A stretch of 58,627 bases of DNA, filler included, from Dugesia japonica (lineage: Eukaryota), in the NCBI GenBank assembly GCA_001938525.1. It is 6 parts of 6 records of this genome, joined end to end, with 100 filler letters (N's around TTAATTAATTAA, not from the genome) between each part and the next. Parts side by side here need not be neighbours in the genome. Positions count along the whole stretch, not along the records: positions 21,346 to 30,279 come from MQRL01593278.1; positions 30,380 to 38,981 come from MQRL01598684.1; positions 39,082 to 50,097 come from MQRL01598334.1; 3 more parts are not named here. One strand, 5' to 3'. The stretch's first letter is position 1. Every line of letters begins with the position of its first letter. Below, one piece after another: positions 26,330 through 39,359 of the stretch. The notes beneath the pieces are model-generated. The model worked only from the letters and a program-made list of their open reading frames with translations. It did no database searches and was not told the origin of the DNA. Position numbers and translations under genes: made by a program.

Positions 26330-26930
26330 TCCTGTATAACGGATCACGCTATCATAACTAATGGTAATCCAAACCGTTTAAACGTGAGACAACTGTATAT
26401 AATAAAACAGAAATAACCAAGAAAATGTTTGAAAAACCAATGCTGACAACCGATTGAAATCAAACTGATTATTTGCACTTATGAATTAACAAAGATTAAA
26501 TAGAAAATAGAGATCTTGCTGTGACTACAAAATGCTAAACAAAATTTAGGCCCCAAACATTTATCTATTACTAATTACTAGAGATATAAGAATTAGGGAA
26601 AATGGGGTTAAGTTCTTCTCAATAATTGACTAACAAAATATATATCATCACATTCCAGTTAGTAAAGACAATTTAGCAAAAGCGACAGTTGTAACACCAT
26701 TTGGGAGGTTTGAATTCATTATCATGCCTTTTCGCTTTAAAAAGACAGAGTCCACATTGGAAAAATTCTGGACCAAATACTTAGGGAAAACTAAAATTTA
26801 TTATCATATTGAGATGGAATTTTAATAGTGAATACATCAAAGAAACAACATTAGTAGACATATAGCAAGTATTCAAAATGCTAAACAACAATAACGTAAC
26901 ATTAGACGTAAAGAAAATGTGAATAGGTAG
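26330..26930 (+). pseudogene. Old Ty3/Gypsy reverse transcriptase remnant
   Basis: YHHIPVSKDNLAKATVVTPFGRFEFIIMPF matches YHQIP...KTA..TPFG.FEF..MPFG. Confidence 0.75.
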
Positions 26931-27404
26931 AGAGTAGAGCATCAGAACATCCACACTGGTAACTTAGTGACATAGTGATGATGTAATAATATTAAAAGTG
27001 TAATTCTCCTTACATCGCAAACATGTTTGATTACACAATCTGTAGAATTCATAAGATACATTTCGATTGTAAAATCAAACGAACCATGTAAAAATTACAC
27101 AATATATTGTTTTGATTACATAATTCAAAAGATATCGGCACGAGTTTCTTCCAAGTAACTTTGGAACTTGAACCAAAGATTACACCAGAAAGCAAATAAG
27201 AAGAAAAAACTTTAATAATTTATTTACAAAGATATCGATATATTGTTATGCAACTGATATTCATTACTCATTACCTATTTCATCAAGAAGGTAGACGCAG
27301 AACATGTAACTTGAATGTACAATAATATTTACGATAATATTTAAACATCTAAAAATTTAAACTGTAGTTGATTTGCTGCAATTGAATATAGCAAAGAAGT
27401 TGAA

Positions 27405-28830
27405 AGACATAGTGATTGAAAATTGTGAAGAAAAACAGATGCGCTAATGATAGTAAATTGGAGACAATAGGCAGAGTGACGATGGAAGTAAAGATTGAAG
27501 ATTTGTTGGAGAAGGTTCGATTTATTATAGTCAGATCGGTGACCCCAGATATTATCGGTGGGATTAAATTACAAAGGCAGTGCGGAATTGTGTTACAAAG
27601 GGACAGCTGAGAAGATTCAACAAGAAAAAAAAGAGGGAAGCAAGGAAGAGCCTATATGCATTTCAGAAGCAAAATTTGGTAGACGTGTTATCCATGGGGA
27701 AAGCGCAAGGATAGCGTTAGAAGCTTTGAAAATAGATGCAGAGTCAGCGTTAGGAAACATCATACAAACGTATGAAGAAGTATTTATGGCCGACAACTGG
27801 GATATCGGACGAAAACACCTGGCAAAACATTTGATCAGAACGACAGGCAAACCAATCAATTTTAGACCATTCAGACAACCGATGAACTTGGAAGCAAAGA
27901 TTGAGGAAACCATCATAAATCTGTACGAGAACGGAATCATCAAAGAATGCCAATCCCCATGGAATATGCCATTAATCTGCATCTGGAAGAAGGACAAACA
28001 GGAGGTAAGACTATGTTTGGATTTTAGAAAACTTAATGCGATGACCGAGAGACCGGCATTTCAGATGCCAAACGTGGATGAACTTTTGGACCAGCTTGGA
28101 GAGGCGAGATTCCTTAGCACAATTGACCTGGGTAATGCCTATTGCCAGTAGAACTGGACAAAGAATCCCAGAATAAGATAGCATTCTCGACAAAAAAGGT
28201 CAATTCTGTTTTAATCGGATGCCATTTGGGATAGTGGCAGCGCAGGGTACTTTCCAAAAGATCATGAACTAGGTTATTGGCGATATTAAAGGTGCGATGA
28301 TCTACCTGGACGATATTCTGGTTTTTTTCGAATCGAAGGCAATGGACAAATTTTCTAAGAGATGGAACGTAGAATTATGTTTTTCGAGCCCGTATCACTA
28401 TAATACGAATGAGCAAATCAAGAGACAGTTCAGGACAGTACGGGATTTGTTAAATGAAACATTAGAAGACAGAAAGAGTACAGATTGGGCTGATTTACTG
28501 CCAGAAATAAAATTTGCATTAAATTCGACCCGGCAAAAATCTATAAATACCAGTTCAGCGGAATTTATCTTTGGAAAAAAATAGTAAGGGAAAACTGAAA
28601 CCAACAAGTAGCAGAGAAAACGGCACCAAAGACGACAACCAAAAGAACCTTCGAAGATGGAGAGGAAGTGTTAGTAAGGAGCGAAAACAGGAACAAAGAC
28701 CAGGAACGTTTTGAGGGGCCTTACCAGATAGTAAAAAAAGGACACGATCTAAGATACTTTTTGAAGAGAGGTGACAGGAGACAAATAGAAAGAAAAGTGG
28801 AAAAGTTAAAGACATTTTTTTGAAGAGGCA
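27405..28830 (+). mobile_element. Ty3/Gypsy pol remnant (protease end, RT, integrase C-terminus) with an internal deletion and PPT
   Basis: DIIGGIK, SPWNMP, RLCLDFRKLN, DLGNAY, RMPFG, YLDDILVF, then directly SSPYH.NTNEQIKRQFRT and ALNST; purine tract GAAGAGG at ~28822 precedes an LTR-like segment. Confidence 0.92.
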
Positions 28831-30323
28831 TATGAGATATTATTTAAAATTGAAAATCAGAATTAAAATAAATTATATTAAATTAATGTTTAATATCGTT
28901 ATTTTAATATTTAGTTTTTCAGATTAGTTTTAATTTTGAATTAATACATTTATGAATCTGTCTTCGGATTTTAATCAAGTTAACAATATCTATAGAACAC
29001 ATTTGTTAATAATTTATTTGCAATTGCATCGAGATTTATCGCTGTTACAATGTTAAGAAAATCGCCCAAAGACAAGTCTTTTTCAATATCAAAACGATTC
29101 ATTTGAAACATAGTTTTATCCGCAGTATTTAACGTAATATTTATATCATCTAATCAAAATTTTTCTCCAAATTAAAATGATTTTAATTAAATTTTATTAG
29201 AAAAATATTTTGCAATCATTTCATATTTTTTTTCGAAAATCTTTTTAATTTATCCTNGTAAACCATAATTTTTAAAATTATNATTGATTAATTTAAACAC
29301 TATGATTATTAAATGAGCTCAAAAGAATAAGAGAAATAATGTCCACATAAGGCTAAATAACTGATAACAAACACATTTTTGGTATTGGCAAATTCAAGTA
29401 ATATTTCTTTCACTCAACTGAGTATTGATATCCAATCTATAACCTGAAAATTTACCCATTTTTTTAAACAGATACACACTAAGAGTTGCTAATCTCAAAA
29501 TGGTTTGCTAAAAAGCCAAAGAGTATAAGAATATTAGAATATTTCAACGTTATGTGGCTTATGCTTACACCACTCGTTCAGCACAAACTCCAAAGCTTTA
29601 AATATTCTCTCCTACTTTCATAGGTTAGAGAAGTGTTCTATAATATAAAAACATTTTTTGAAAATGAGTTAGATTAATTTGTGTTATACGTAGCCAATCA
29701 ACGATAATTCACAAAACTGTGGAATCACTTGGAACATCTGTAGAGTTGATCCAAAAATGAAAAGTTTGTTTAAATAATTTATTGAACTAAATAGTCGCAA
29801 GATATAAAAAAGAATTCGGTCCATATAGCTGACAGACACACACATCTAAACTGATGATGATAAAACTCTCAATCAAAGAAGTAACCTTTAGCAGTAATTA
29901 CATGGTTCTATAAAACATGCTACGAATACATTAAGATTGCTTTTAAAACTCGAATGCTTTCGCGTAGATATTGTTACAAAATAATGAGGAGTGCAAGAAT
30001 TTTGCAAAAAAGTAAAACTTTATTTAGAAACATCATAAAATCTCTGTGAATGATAATGAACTATTTGATGAATTTAGACGAGTTAATATATATTGTTCTA
30101 AGGAGAAATTATCATAAATAGAAACAAAATAATACCGTAACTGATAAGTTGTTTATTGAAATATATAAACATTTTGAAGGTAAACACATTTCTATGAAAA
30201 CCTTGCAAATATTCGTTGAATTTGATATGTGTTTAACAGGAACAAGCTAGATCAGAAATTCTCAAAGATCCTCATTAACNNNNNNNNNNNNNNNNNNNNN
30301 NNNNNNNNNNNNNNNNNNNNNNN

Positions 30324-30335
30324 TTAATTAATTAA
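30324..30335. other. Artificial contig-joining spacer
   Basis: TTAATTAATTAA flanked by 44 N on each side. Confidence 0.97.
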
Positions 30336-30439
30336 NNNNNNNNNNNNNNNNNNNNNNNNNNNNNNNNNNNNNNNNNNNNTTTGATATTTTTTAAGCGTTA
30401 TAAATTATAATGGTTGCAATAATCTCCCATGTTCGAGGT

Positions 30440-30910
30440 TGTAAGTGTTGGCAGCCTTAACTACAATAACACTAAAATAATAACACTACAATAACACTGG
30501 AGATGTCACCTTAGAATAGCTTTAAAAGTACCACTTGGCAAAGCGAAAAACACAAAGATGACCTATTGCTCTTTTTTACAACTTGATTAATACAGCTTAC
30601 AACGCTTTTGTGCCTTATGTGACAAAAACCCAGAATTTGCTAGCATGCATAAGAAACATCTTATAACTGATTTACTAAATGGTGAGCCAAAATCTAAATT
30701 AAGTTCAGTAAATAATTCTAAAATTTCAGTAAGGAAGATGCAATGTAAAAAGCAGAATAAACTGTAATGTGGCAATTTTGTTTGTAAAAGCACAGGAAAA
30801 ATTTGTAAAAATTGGTGATATTTAAAGTTTTTCATATCGTATTAAAATTAAGTCGAACCAATCTTGTTCTAATTATGTGTTTATATAATTTTTCGCCATT
30901 TTTGCGAGGG
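30440..30910 (+). mobile_element. piggyBac transposon 3' remnant
   Basis: R*PIALFYNLINTAYNAF resembles RWP..LF..L.N.A.YNA; degenerate Cys-rich tail (NFVCK.H..IC); ends AGGG|TTAA at 30907-30914. Confidence 0.6.
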
Positions 30911-31086
30911 TTAATGCATAAATTTATTTCTAAACGTTTTCTTTGAATAATACACAAATTCTACACTATATTAANNNNNNNNNNNNNNNNNNNNNNNNNN
31001 NNNNNNNNNNNNNNNNNNNNNNNNNNNNNNNNNNNNNNNNNNNNNNNNNNNNNNNNNNNNNNNNNNNNNNNNNNNNNNNNNNNNNA

Positions 31087-31310
31087 TATTGATAATTATT
31101 TTTTATGGATATTGATATTGAAATTTAAATTGATATTGATGCTGATATTGATATTGATATTGATGTTGATATTGATATTGATACTTATATTGATATTGAT
31201 ATTTTATGGATATTGATATTGAAATTTAAATTGATATTGATGCTGAGATTGATATTGATGTTGATATTGATATTGATACTTATATTGATATTGATATTTT
31301 AGGTATATTG
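31087..31310. repeat. (ATTGAT)n microsatellite with higher-order duplication
   Basis: Direct reading. Confidence 0.9.
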
Positions 31311-31779
31311 AAATTGAAATTTACATAAAATTTACTTAATATTAAAATATAATATAATATTTACATAATATAAGCCACGATATTTTAAGATTTCTAGATT
31401 CTTAAAAATTCAATAACCAATACTTACAGTGTTAGCACAATTGATGATGACCAGTTTAAAGAGCTGTGATCAATAAAAATTTTGAAAAATTAAATAAATC
31501 TGAAAAAAACAATTTTCTAACTAAAATTTTATGAAAAATACGAAAAACTAAAAAGTCAAAAACATAATATTTTGATGTGATATATTAGTTTTACGGAAAA
31601 ATAAAAATTAATCTGTAAGTTAATTTGATTAGAATTTCTTACTTTGTGATACAATCAAAACAGCACTTGATTTCACTGTAAAATAAATTCAATTTAAAAT
31701 AAAACATGCCTTATTTTTACATAAAAATGAGAAGACAAAGTTAAGACTTGCAAATATTATTTTAATAACAAAATTATTG

Positions 31780-32262
31780 TCAATTTTAGTAGATAACGTG
31801 TTACAATCGTTGTGGTAACGTCGCTATGCCTTTGTCAAAAAGCTTTATGGTTATTCTGCAAAGAAGGTATCCAAGTAGTTTTTGAAATCCTCCCAGGAAT
31901 AAAAGTATTGTGTGTCCAGATAATTTTGAAGTGATCTAAACAAATGATACTTCGTAGGNGCCATTTCTGTTGAGTACGGAGAACGTTTCATTACTTCCAA
32001 ACCAAAATCTTTCAGTTTTGCTCATCGGTTCTGTAGCTTTTACTTCTTTTCGGAATGAAAACAATGAAAAATGTCGGTAATATTTTTTTACGCCTTCGGT
32101 TTAATTAGATTTATGCATTCTAAAAATAAGATTAAATTAAAATTATATTACCGCTAAATATGAATATTATTTAAACAACTTGTGATTAATAATTATGTTA
32201 ATTAAATTTGTATTCCAATTTATTATTTGAAAATAGTGCAGAACTTATTTAATAACGCATTA
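31780..32262 (-). mobile_element. mariner transposon remnant (internally deleted)
   Basis: KLKDFGLEVMKRSPYS..PTKYHLFRSLQNYL matches HPPYSPDLAPTDYHLFRSLQN; mariner-like TIR near 32243-32262. Confidence 0.7.
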
Positions 32263-32469
32263 TATATTTATTTTTCAGATTTTAAGAGAATAGCATTATT
32301 GAAATTTCTTATCTTAAAAAAATCAATAAAATAAAGTTTTATTTAATAAACACTGGGAAGATTACTACCGACAAACAGGTTATGAAAGGTATAGAAGAAT
32401 CCATTATCAGTTTTCGTTTTTATAACTACTTAAAACCAAGTAATAGGTTCGATCAAAATAAATTCGGGA

Positions 32470-32507
32470 ATATTCCTGAAGAGAACAATTGTCGAAAATT
32501 TGAATAT
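32470..32507 (+). ncRNA. Minimal type I hammerhead ribozyme motif, copy 2
   Basis: ATATTC-CTGAAGA-GAACAATTGTC-GAAA-ATTT-GAATAT, with the same downstream repeat as copy 1. Confidence 0.6.
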
Positions 32508-35500
32508 CTATAAAACAACAATTTATTTTGATCGAAGCTATTACTTTATTTAAATGAAATCTCAAATGCAATCAATGGTTAAGTTCAACAATTATTCTCG
32601 CAATAATTTTAATTAACAACTTAAAACAAACAGCTCATTTTTGTAAATGATCTATGCTCAGACTTCACACATGAGTAGTTTAATTTATAGTATTGACCCT
32701 GGAATCGTTAATCATATGATCAAGAAAGATTCTGTGGTTGGTTTTTATCATTTTTTTTGTCAGCATTTTATTTCTTTGGAATTCAATCTAACTGATTTGA
32801 AAGCTTTTTGATTTACTGAATCCAAAGATTCAAGTGTCCCGATGACTATTTCATGAAGTATAACTTCTTTATGATACTTGGACTATTTCTTTTTTAACTT
32901 GTTCGTATTTAATTTTGTTATCTGTTCTCACTTCTTTGAAACCAGCTCAGGGTCATTAAGCACTGGATAAATCCTAAAATCTATTATAAATGTGTTGTTT
33001 ATATTATTCATTTAGTTAATTTTATCACACATTTAAGGCAAATTTGTAGTTAAATTTTAAAGGTTGAAAATTAAACTAGCATTTAAATGTCAAAAATAAG
33101 AGTGAAAAATATAAATTTATTAATTTTTAACATAAATTACAATAGTCTTATTATTCATTTAAAAATTCCTCGTAAATATATACATTCATTGAAATTCATA
33201 CTTTATCCGTAACATGTGTATATATCAGTAATATTATCTACTAATAAATGTCAGTAATATTTTCTACAGTATTGCACATAGAAACAACTGAAGTTGAATT
33301 AAATATTTTGATTTATATTTTCAAAATTTTATTAAGAATAAGAACATTAAATGGAACAAAGTTGTGAACATTTTAATATTATCAATAAGAATAATATAAT
33401 TGTGAGCAAACATCAATAATCTTGTCAACTTATTAAACCGTTGAGTGCGGTTATGTTAAAAAAATTTACTTATAAGGCCAATCTAGTTTTTTTTTAATTA
33501 ACTAAAAATGAAATCAAAAAATAATATTGTATTAATTTTCATTTATTTGTTGTATTTAATTATGTCTTTCAATTATGAATCCTCTACACACCACGTGGCC
33601 TAGAGCATATCTACTGTGAATCATACGTGATTCACACGACATCCAACGTATTAAACTGATTAACTTCGCAAGAAATTAAAAGAATTATACTATTTATGTT
33701 TTGTAAAATTTTGAGTGGTTGAATAAGAAATAGAAACGATAATTCTTAAATTTTAAAAGAAAAATATATTTACAATAGTGTAAATTAGAGCGAGAATATC
33801 GCTTCTATCGAAATTTTTTTTTATTTTAGTTGTCTTCTTATTTTAAATCTGTAATTTCCTAAACTTATTGAACTGCAAATTTTTTATAATCAAATTTACA
33901 GATTTAAAAAGATATAATAAATTACAGTTATACAATTACAAAAATCTTACTAACAAACTTTCAAAATCTCGCAAAGCTAATATTAGTTAAACGAAAATCC
34001 ACAACACGCAATTAATTAAAATTACCTTCAGATTTTAATATCAATTACCAAAATTAATAAAACCGTAAACTTAAAATTATTCTACTAACTTTATCTTACA
34101 ATTTTGACAACAAATTGTAAATGAAAACGAAATGTAAATTTCAAATCTAAACTAAAAATCAATTTTACAATTACAATTATTGTGAGAATAATTGTTGGAC
34201 TTAACCATTGATCGCATTTGAGATTTCATTAAAATAAAGAAAAGGCAAATTTTAATATTAATTGTAAAGATTTATTTGTATAGAAATCAATATTAAAAAT
34301 TCTTTGCTAAATCCAATTCGAAAAATATATCAAATATTTCACTTTAAAAAAACACTTAAAATAATAGACTATTTAATATTGGAGATTAACGAAAAATGTA
34401 GAATTTCTTTTAATTTCATATTGGAAAAAACGAAATATTATTATTATAATTATTACTATTATTATTATTTGAAAAAATTATGAAAATTGTAAAATAAAAA
34501 ATTAATATAAAAATACAGAAAAATCAATTTTGTGTCAATTATGAATGTACATTATCAATTTTAAATTATTAATAGATCGTCTCGTATATTTTTTGCTGAT
34601 TTCATGTCTCCATTTCTTTAGTATTAAATGCAATTTTAGAAAGAAATAGAAATTAATTAATTTTTATTATAAATTCTCAGAATTTTTCACTCAGTAAAAA
34701 AAATAATTGAATATGAGCAATTTTCATTGTTAATGAACATGTGTTCTTTTTATTATTTCATTTAACCTGTATTTCAACGATGATAATGATAACACGAATG
34801 GTAATATTTTAGAAATAAACTTGAAATTTTTTTTTACTGCATCTAACGAACTTGAAATGAGTTCAATAAATAATTTTGCAATTATCGATTTCTCATAAAA
34901 ATTTTTTGATTTATGCATCAAAATTTCACTTTTATAGTTTTATTTTCTTGTTTAACTTTCAATTAACTTTATTGTTAAAATGGTGGACGCTTTTTGTTGA
35001 GAACACCCATGATTAAATTCGGTTCTACATCACAAATATATAGAGTTTATTCTGATTATCATTGAACATTTTTACAGGTAGTAGTGTGTTTTTAACACGG
35101 AGTGGGAAAAAAGACATTCGAAATTTTACAACATTTTTTTTACAACATTTTACATTGTTTGAAGTCGGTGAACGTGAGTGTCCTGGATATACTGGGAAAG
35201 TGCAATGTCACATCTATGATGATAGATGATGTGAACGTATACCCAGTTGAGTTTATGTGTTGCATAATCTATCATGTGGCATTGACGTCATAATTGGGAA
35301 TAACATCCTTCTCAGTAACTAAATTACCATTAAATTTTCCAACGGTTAATGACAAAATGTTGTTGGAAACAAGTATTCGAGAGTCTGTTTGATCAATAGC
35401 ATTTAAATTGTGGGAAATAAGCACGGCGATAACAGAGAATGATAAGTACTTAGTGAGCAATGGCAATGATTTCATAGCATGGTTTGACAAAGGGGAATTA

Positions 35501-36085
35501 TACGTGAGAATTTCACGGTGAGATGGATGTTCGCTGTGGGAAATTCTATTAGTCGAAAATACTATCACAATTATTTGGTGGCTTCTCATGACTTGTAGTT
35601 ATTTAACGGTGAGATATAGAGCTAGATACAAGATAGGATGCTAGTAGCATACGATTCAATAAGTCAAAGGAAGTAAAACCAAGATGTGGCATGTTCTTGA
35701 TTACAAGTTCTTAAATGATCATATTGTTAGTTGCTCAGGTTGTTCACTTCCTAGTTGCAAAGAAAACCTCAGAGTATGGCTTATATTGGAGCCTCATTGT
35801 GCTAGACTTGGCTTTGAGTTGAACATGGCGTTGCAGGGTATCTCCAAGCTAGTTAAGAGAGTCTTATCGAAAATAAGAAATTCCAAGCCACAAGTTACAG
35901 GGTTTTAATTTATATTTTGACAATTGTTATTTAATAAGAGAAGATAGTCTAATTTAATGATATTTTTAAAACATTACAAAAAGTAAATATGTGTGTGATT
36001 TTTTAAAACTAATTATTTATTACTTCATGATTTCGAAATACTAAATTCTTGTATTTTTTCAGTCTACTTTTTTAAANTCACACTA

Positions 36086-36637
36086 CAGTAGATAGATTGT
36101 AGCGCACATAGCCAGCTCACATTTAGTACACCCCAGGATTAGTGCTATAACGAAACGTAATCCTAATGAATTTATTTGAGAGTTTTAAAAAATGAAGTCA
36201 TATTAGGTAATATTACGAAATGGGATTAAGTGGCTATATATTTCAGTGTGTAGTTAGTTGGGAAAAATTTTCAAGCTTATTAGGCGGCAAGGGTTTTAGT
36301 ATTTCCCTGTGTATTAAGTTGAGAAAATTTTTTAAGGTTTTTTAAACTACAACTTTTTTTAGGCTTTTTAGTTGGGAAAATCTTTCAGTCTTTTTATTTG
36401 GGAATTTATTTGGTGAGGTCGAATGAGGTCAATTTTTTTATTGGTTTTAGGTTGTTTTTGTCCAAAATTTCCTTGATGAGGTCGAATAAAGTCGATTTTT
36501 GGTTGGTTCAGATGAATTTGTTTGATTTTTGAAAAAATTTTCCACGAATTAGAATCAAGTATACATAAACACTTTGGCCTTGAAAAGTTTTGACCTGGGG
36601 GGAGGGGGTGTTTATGTGCGCTACTATCTATCTACTG
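36086..36637. mobile_element. 552-bp non-coding TIR element with Polinton-like termini
   Basis: 25-bp TIRs CAGTAGATAGATTGTAGCGCACATA / TATGTGCGCTACTATCTATCTACTG (24/25 match), flanked by TA on both sides. Confidence 0.8.
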
Positions 36638-39025
36638 TAAAAGCATACATTTTATGCTTAAAGTTTATAGTGACTGTATTTTACACTTTAAATTAATGTT
36701 TTAGATACTTTTCTCGTAATTATTTGAAAATTATTATTTCAATCACTCAATTATTTTAGTTATTTTTCAATAAATATTTAAAAATTATTTCAAATAATCT
36801 AATGTTTAATAAAAATTTCAATTAATATAAATTAAAATTTGAAATGAACTGTTTTCATTAAGGTTAAAGACTGACGAATTATAACCATGTTATTCTTTTT
36901 CATCAGAAAATTCTCTATCTAATAGTTACTTTGATGCTTAAATTTGAGTTAAGTTTTTATTTTCATTAATTCTCAACTCTAATTTAAAAAAGCATCCTTT
37001 TAATTATTTATTTGAATGGTTTGTCTAAAATTAATGTGTTTTTACATAAATTCAAGTTGTATGTACTTTTACTGATAATTATTAGAAAATTCTTAAATCC
37101 ATCATACTTAATTTATTCAATCAATCATATAAGTTATTTTCAAAAATTGTTTAGAAATTATTTCAATGAATAAATGCTTAATAAAACATTAATTAAAAAA
37201 ATACATACAAAATCTTATTCGATTTAAAATTTTTCAAAATTTCATCAATAATTAATAAACATGTTCTTTTAAAATTTTAATTTAACCATAAAAAATTTTA
37301 AATTTAATCATAAAAATATATGCATGGAATCTAATTTATTTTCAAAACACGAATAAAAATTTATTCATAACATAATTCAATTTACCTACAAAAGCATAGT
37401 TTTAATAAAATTACACATTGAAAATTAATCAATTCATTATACTTAATTTATTCAGTCAAATATAGAAAATAATTTCAATCAATAATTACAAATTTTTCGA
37501 AATTACCTATACTTAATAAAAAATTCATATTATAACAAAAACTTTAATTAAATTTTAACGATCAAAATTAGAACAATTTATTAAAAAATACACGAAATTT
37601 AATTTAATTTCAAAATTGCAAGTAAAAATATAGAGCAGGTTAAATAATTAAATATTACTTAAACAGTACATTTATCATTTGTGAAGCGTGAATACTATCA
37701 AATAGCGAAAGAAAACCAGTAAATGATAGAAAATATCAGTAAATAGTGAGAAAACCATTGATAATTAATGATTAGCGCACTGTTAGCAGAGTTTTGATAC
37801 CAGAGTCAGCACTAGTAAACAGTGTGCAGAGTTTTGATAACTGAAGACTGGTGAAGAGTGAAATTTCATCCAAATTCATCTAAAAACCTATCCGAATAAA
37901 TTATCATATTTTTATGATCCTCGGGGACTCACAAATTAAGTAGAAAATTAAATTAAATATATCTTTTTATTTATATAGTTTGGTGATTTTTAACCGCGTT
38001 ATTCGTACTCACCGTAAAATATCCTATCGAATAGTATCTACTTCGATAAATTTTGAGGTACTTTTGATATTTATTTATTTTGATATTTAATAAAAATAAT
38101 ACCAAAATCCAAGAGGGCAGCTGTACATATTCGTTAGGAAGCATTTTTCACGAAACGATATTTTAACTTTGCACGGTCACTTTTTCCTTCTGAGTAAAAT
38201 AATACCAAATTTTTATCGATAGCAGTTATCTGCACACGGAGATCTGAGTGCTAAAATCTGAATTTTTAGATTTTTTCACCACAAAACCCCATTTATTTCA
38301 TCAACTATTTTTTGTGGCGATTTTAGGTTACATATTTGGAATCAGCGAAAAAATTTCTATTGAATAGACACTTTGTTGACCTATTTGAGAAGAAAAGGAT
38401 TTTCGAAAAAGGTTATTTGTCAAAAATGATAGCCGTAAAACTTTCTGCAGTTTGATATAAAAATCTTTGAAATCCGATATATAAAACATATTTTTCAAAA
38501 CTTTAGTCTGTTGAACCAGATTTACATAAATTTCATTTAAAAAATTTGATATTTTTATATTTTTTAAACAACATGAATGGTTTTCCAGGATTCATTTAAA
38601 CAATTCCCATAAAATCATTTTTAAAAACTTGAAAATTTAAACAAATTCAACTTTTTACATGAATTTCCTGATAAAATCACGCAAACTGACCAGTCCGAAG
38701 AAATATTCGACCCAATCATAAAAAATTACCAATCCCAAGAAAATAATTTACCAAATCACCCCAAAATTAATAAAATTGCCCCAATCTGAGAAATCAATTG
38801 ACCAAGTTCACCTAAAAATTACACTTGTAAGCAAATAATTAACCAAGTTTGTTTATAATGAGTAAATAATTGACGAACATTACCCAAACCGAGTAAATAA
38901 TTTTAATATACACACACAAATAGTTAAATGGGGATAGAAAATATATGATACACACATACAAATAGGATAGAAAATATATGANNNNNNNNNNNNNNNNNNN
39001 NNNNNNNNNNNNNNNNNNNNNNNNN

Positions 39026-39037
39026 TTAATTAATTAA
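39026..39037. other. Artificial contig-joining spacer
   Basis: TTAATTAATTAA flanked by 44 N on each side. Confidence 0.97.
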
Positions 39038-39081
39038 NNNNNNNNNNNNNNNNNNNNNNNNNNNNNNNNNNNNNNNNNNNN

Positions 39082-39165
39082 ATATTCTGAATCTAATTCT
39101 ATAGGAAATTTTACATCTAATTTTAAATCTTGTTCTTTTCCAACTACTAAGAATTGATTTGACAT
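39082..39165 (-). CDS. N-terminus of a Polinton minor capsid (penton) gene, cut by the contig end
   Basis: MSNQFLVVGKEQDLKLDVKFPIELDSEY resembles the F.PIEL...YE start of Polinton pentons; only 28 codons are visible. Confidence 0.5.
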
Positions 39166-39239
39166 TTGTCCGTAGGCCAAGCTTTGCTATTTCTTATAAA
39201 TAAACTTTTGCTTACGCAGTGAGCTTTGTTAAACTCTAA

Positions 39240-39348
39240 AATGTTAAGATGTCAAATGTTTCATGTTAAATGTTGACTCATGCATGAGTCATTTTTTGTG
39301 AAAAATGTTTCATGTTAAATGTTTCGTGTAAAATGTTTCGTGTAAAAT
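39240..39348. repeat. Intergenic AATGTTTCRTGT array within the Polinton
   Basis: Several AATGTTTC(A/G)TGT(T/A)AA units around the palindrome TGACTCATGCATGAGTCA. Confidence 0.7.
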
Positions 39349-39359
39349 ATAAAACGCGC

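Noticed and set aside
27617-28815. Minus-strand ORFs over the Gypsy pol, and similar shadows at 6457, 18909, 39400, 45314-45827 and 47213
   Set aside because: Antisense shadows of recognisable genes on the other strand
29850-29880. CTGATGA as another hammerhead
   Set aside because: No GAAA after a stem II and no stem I complement
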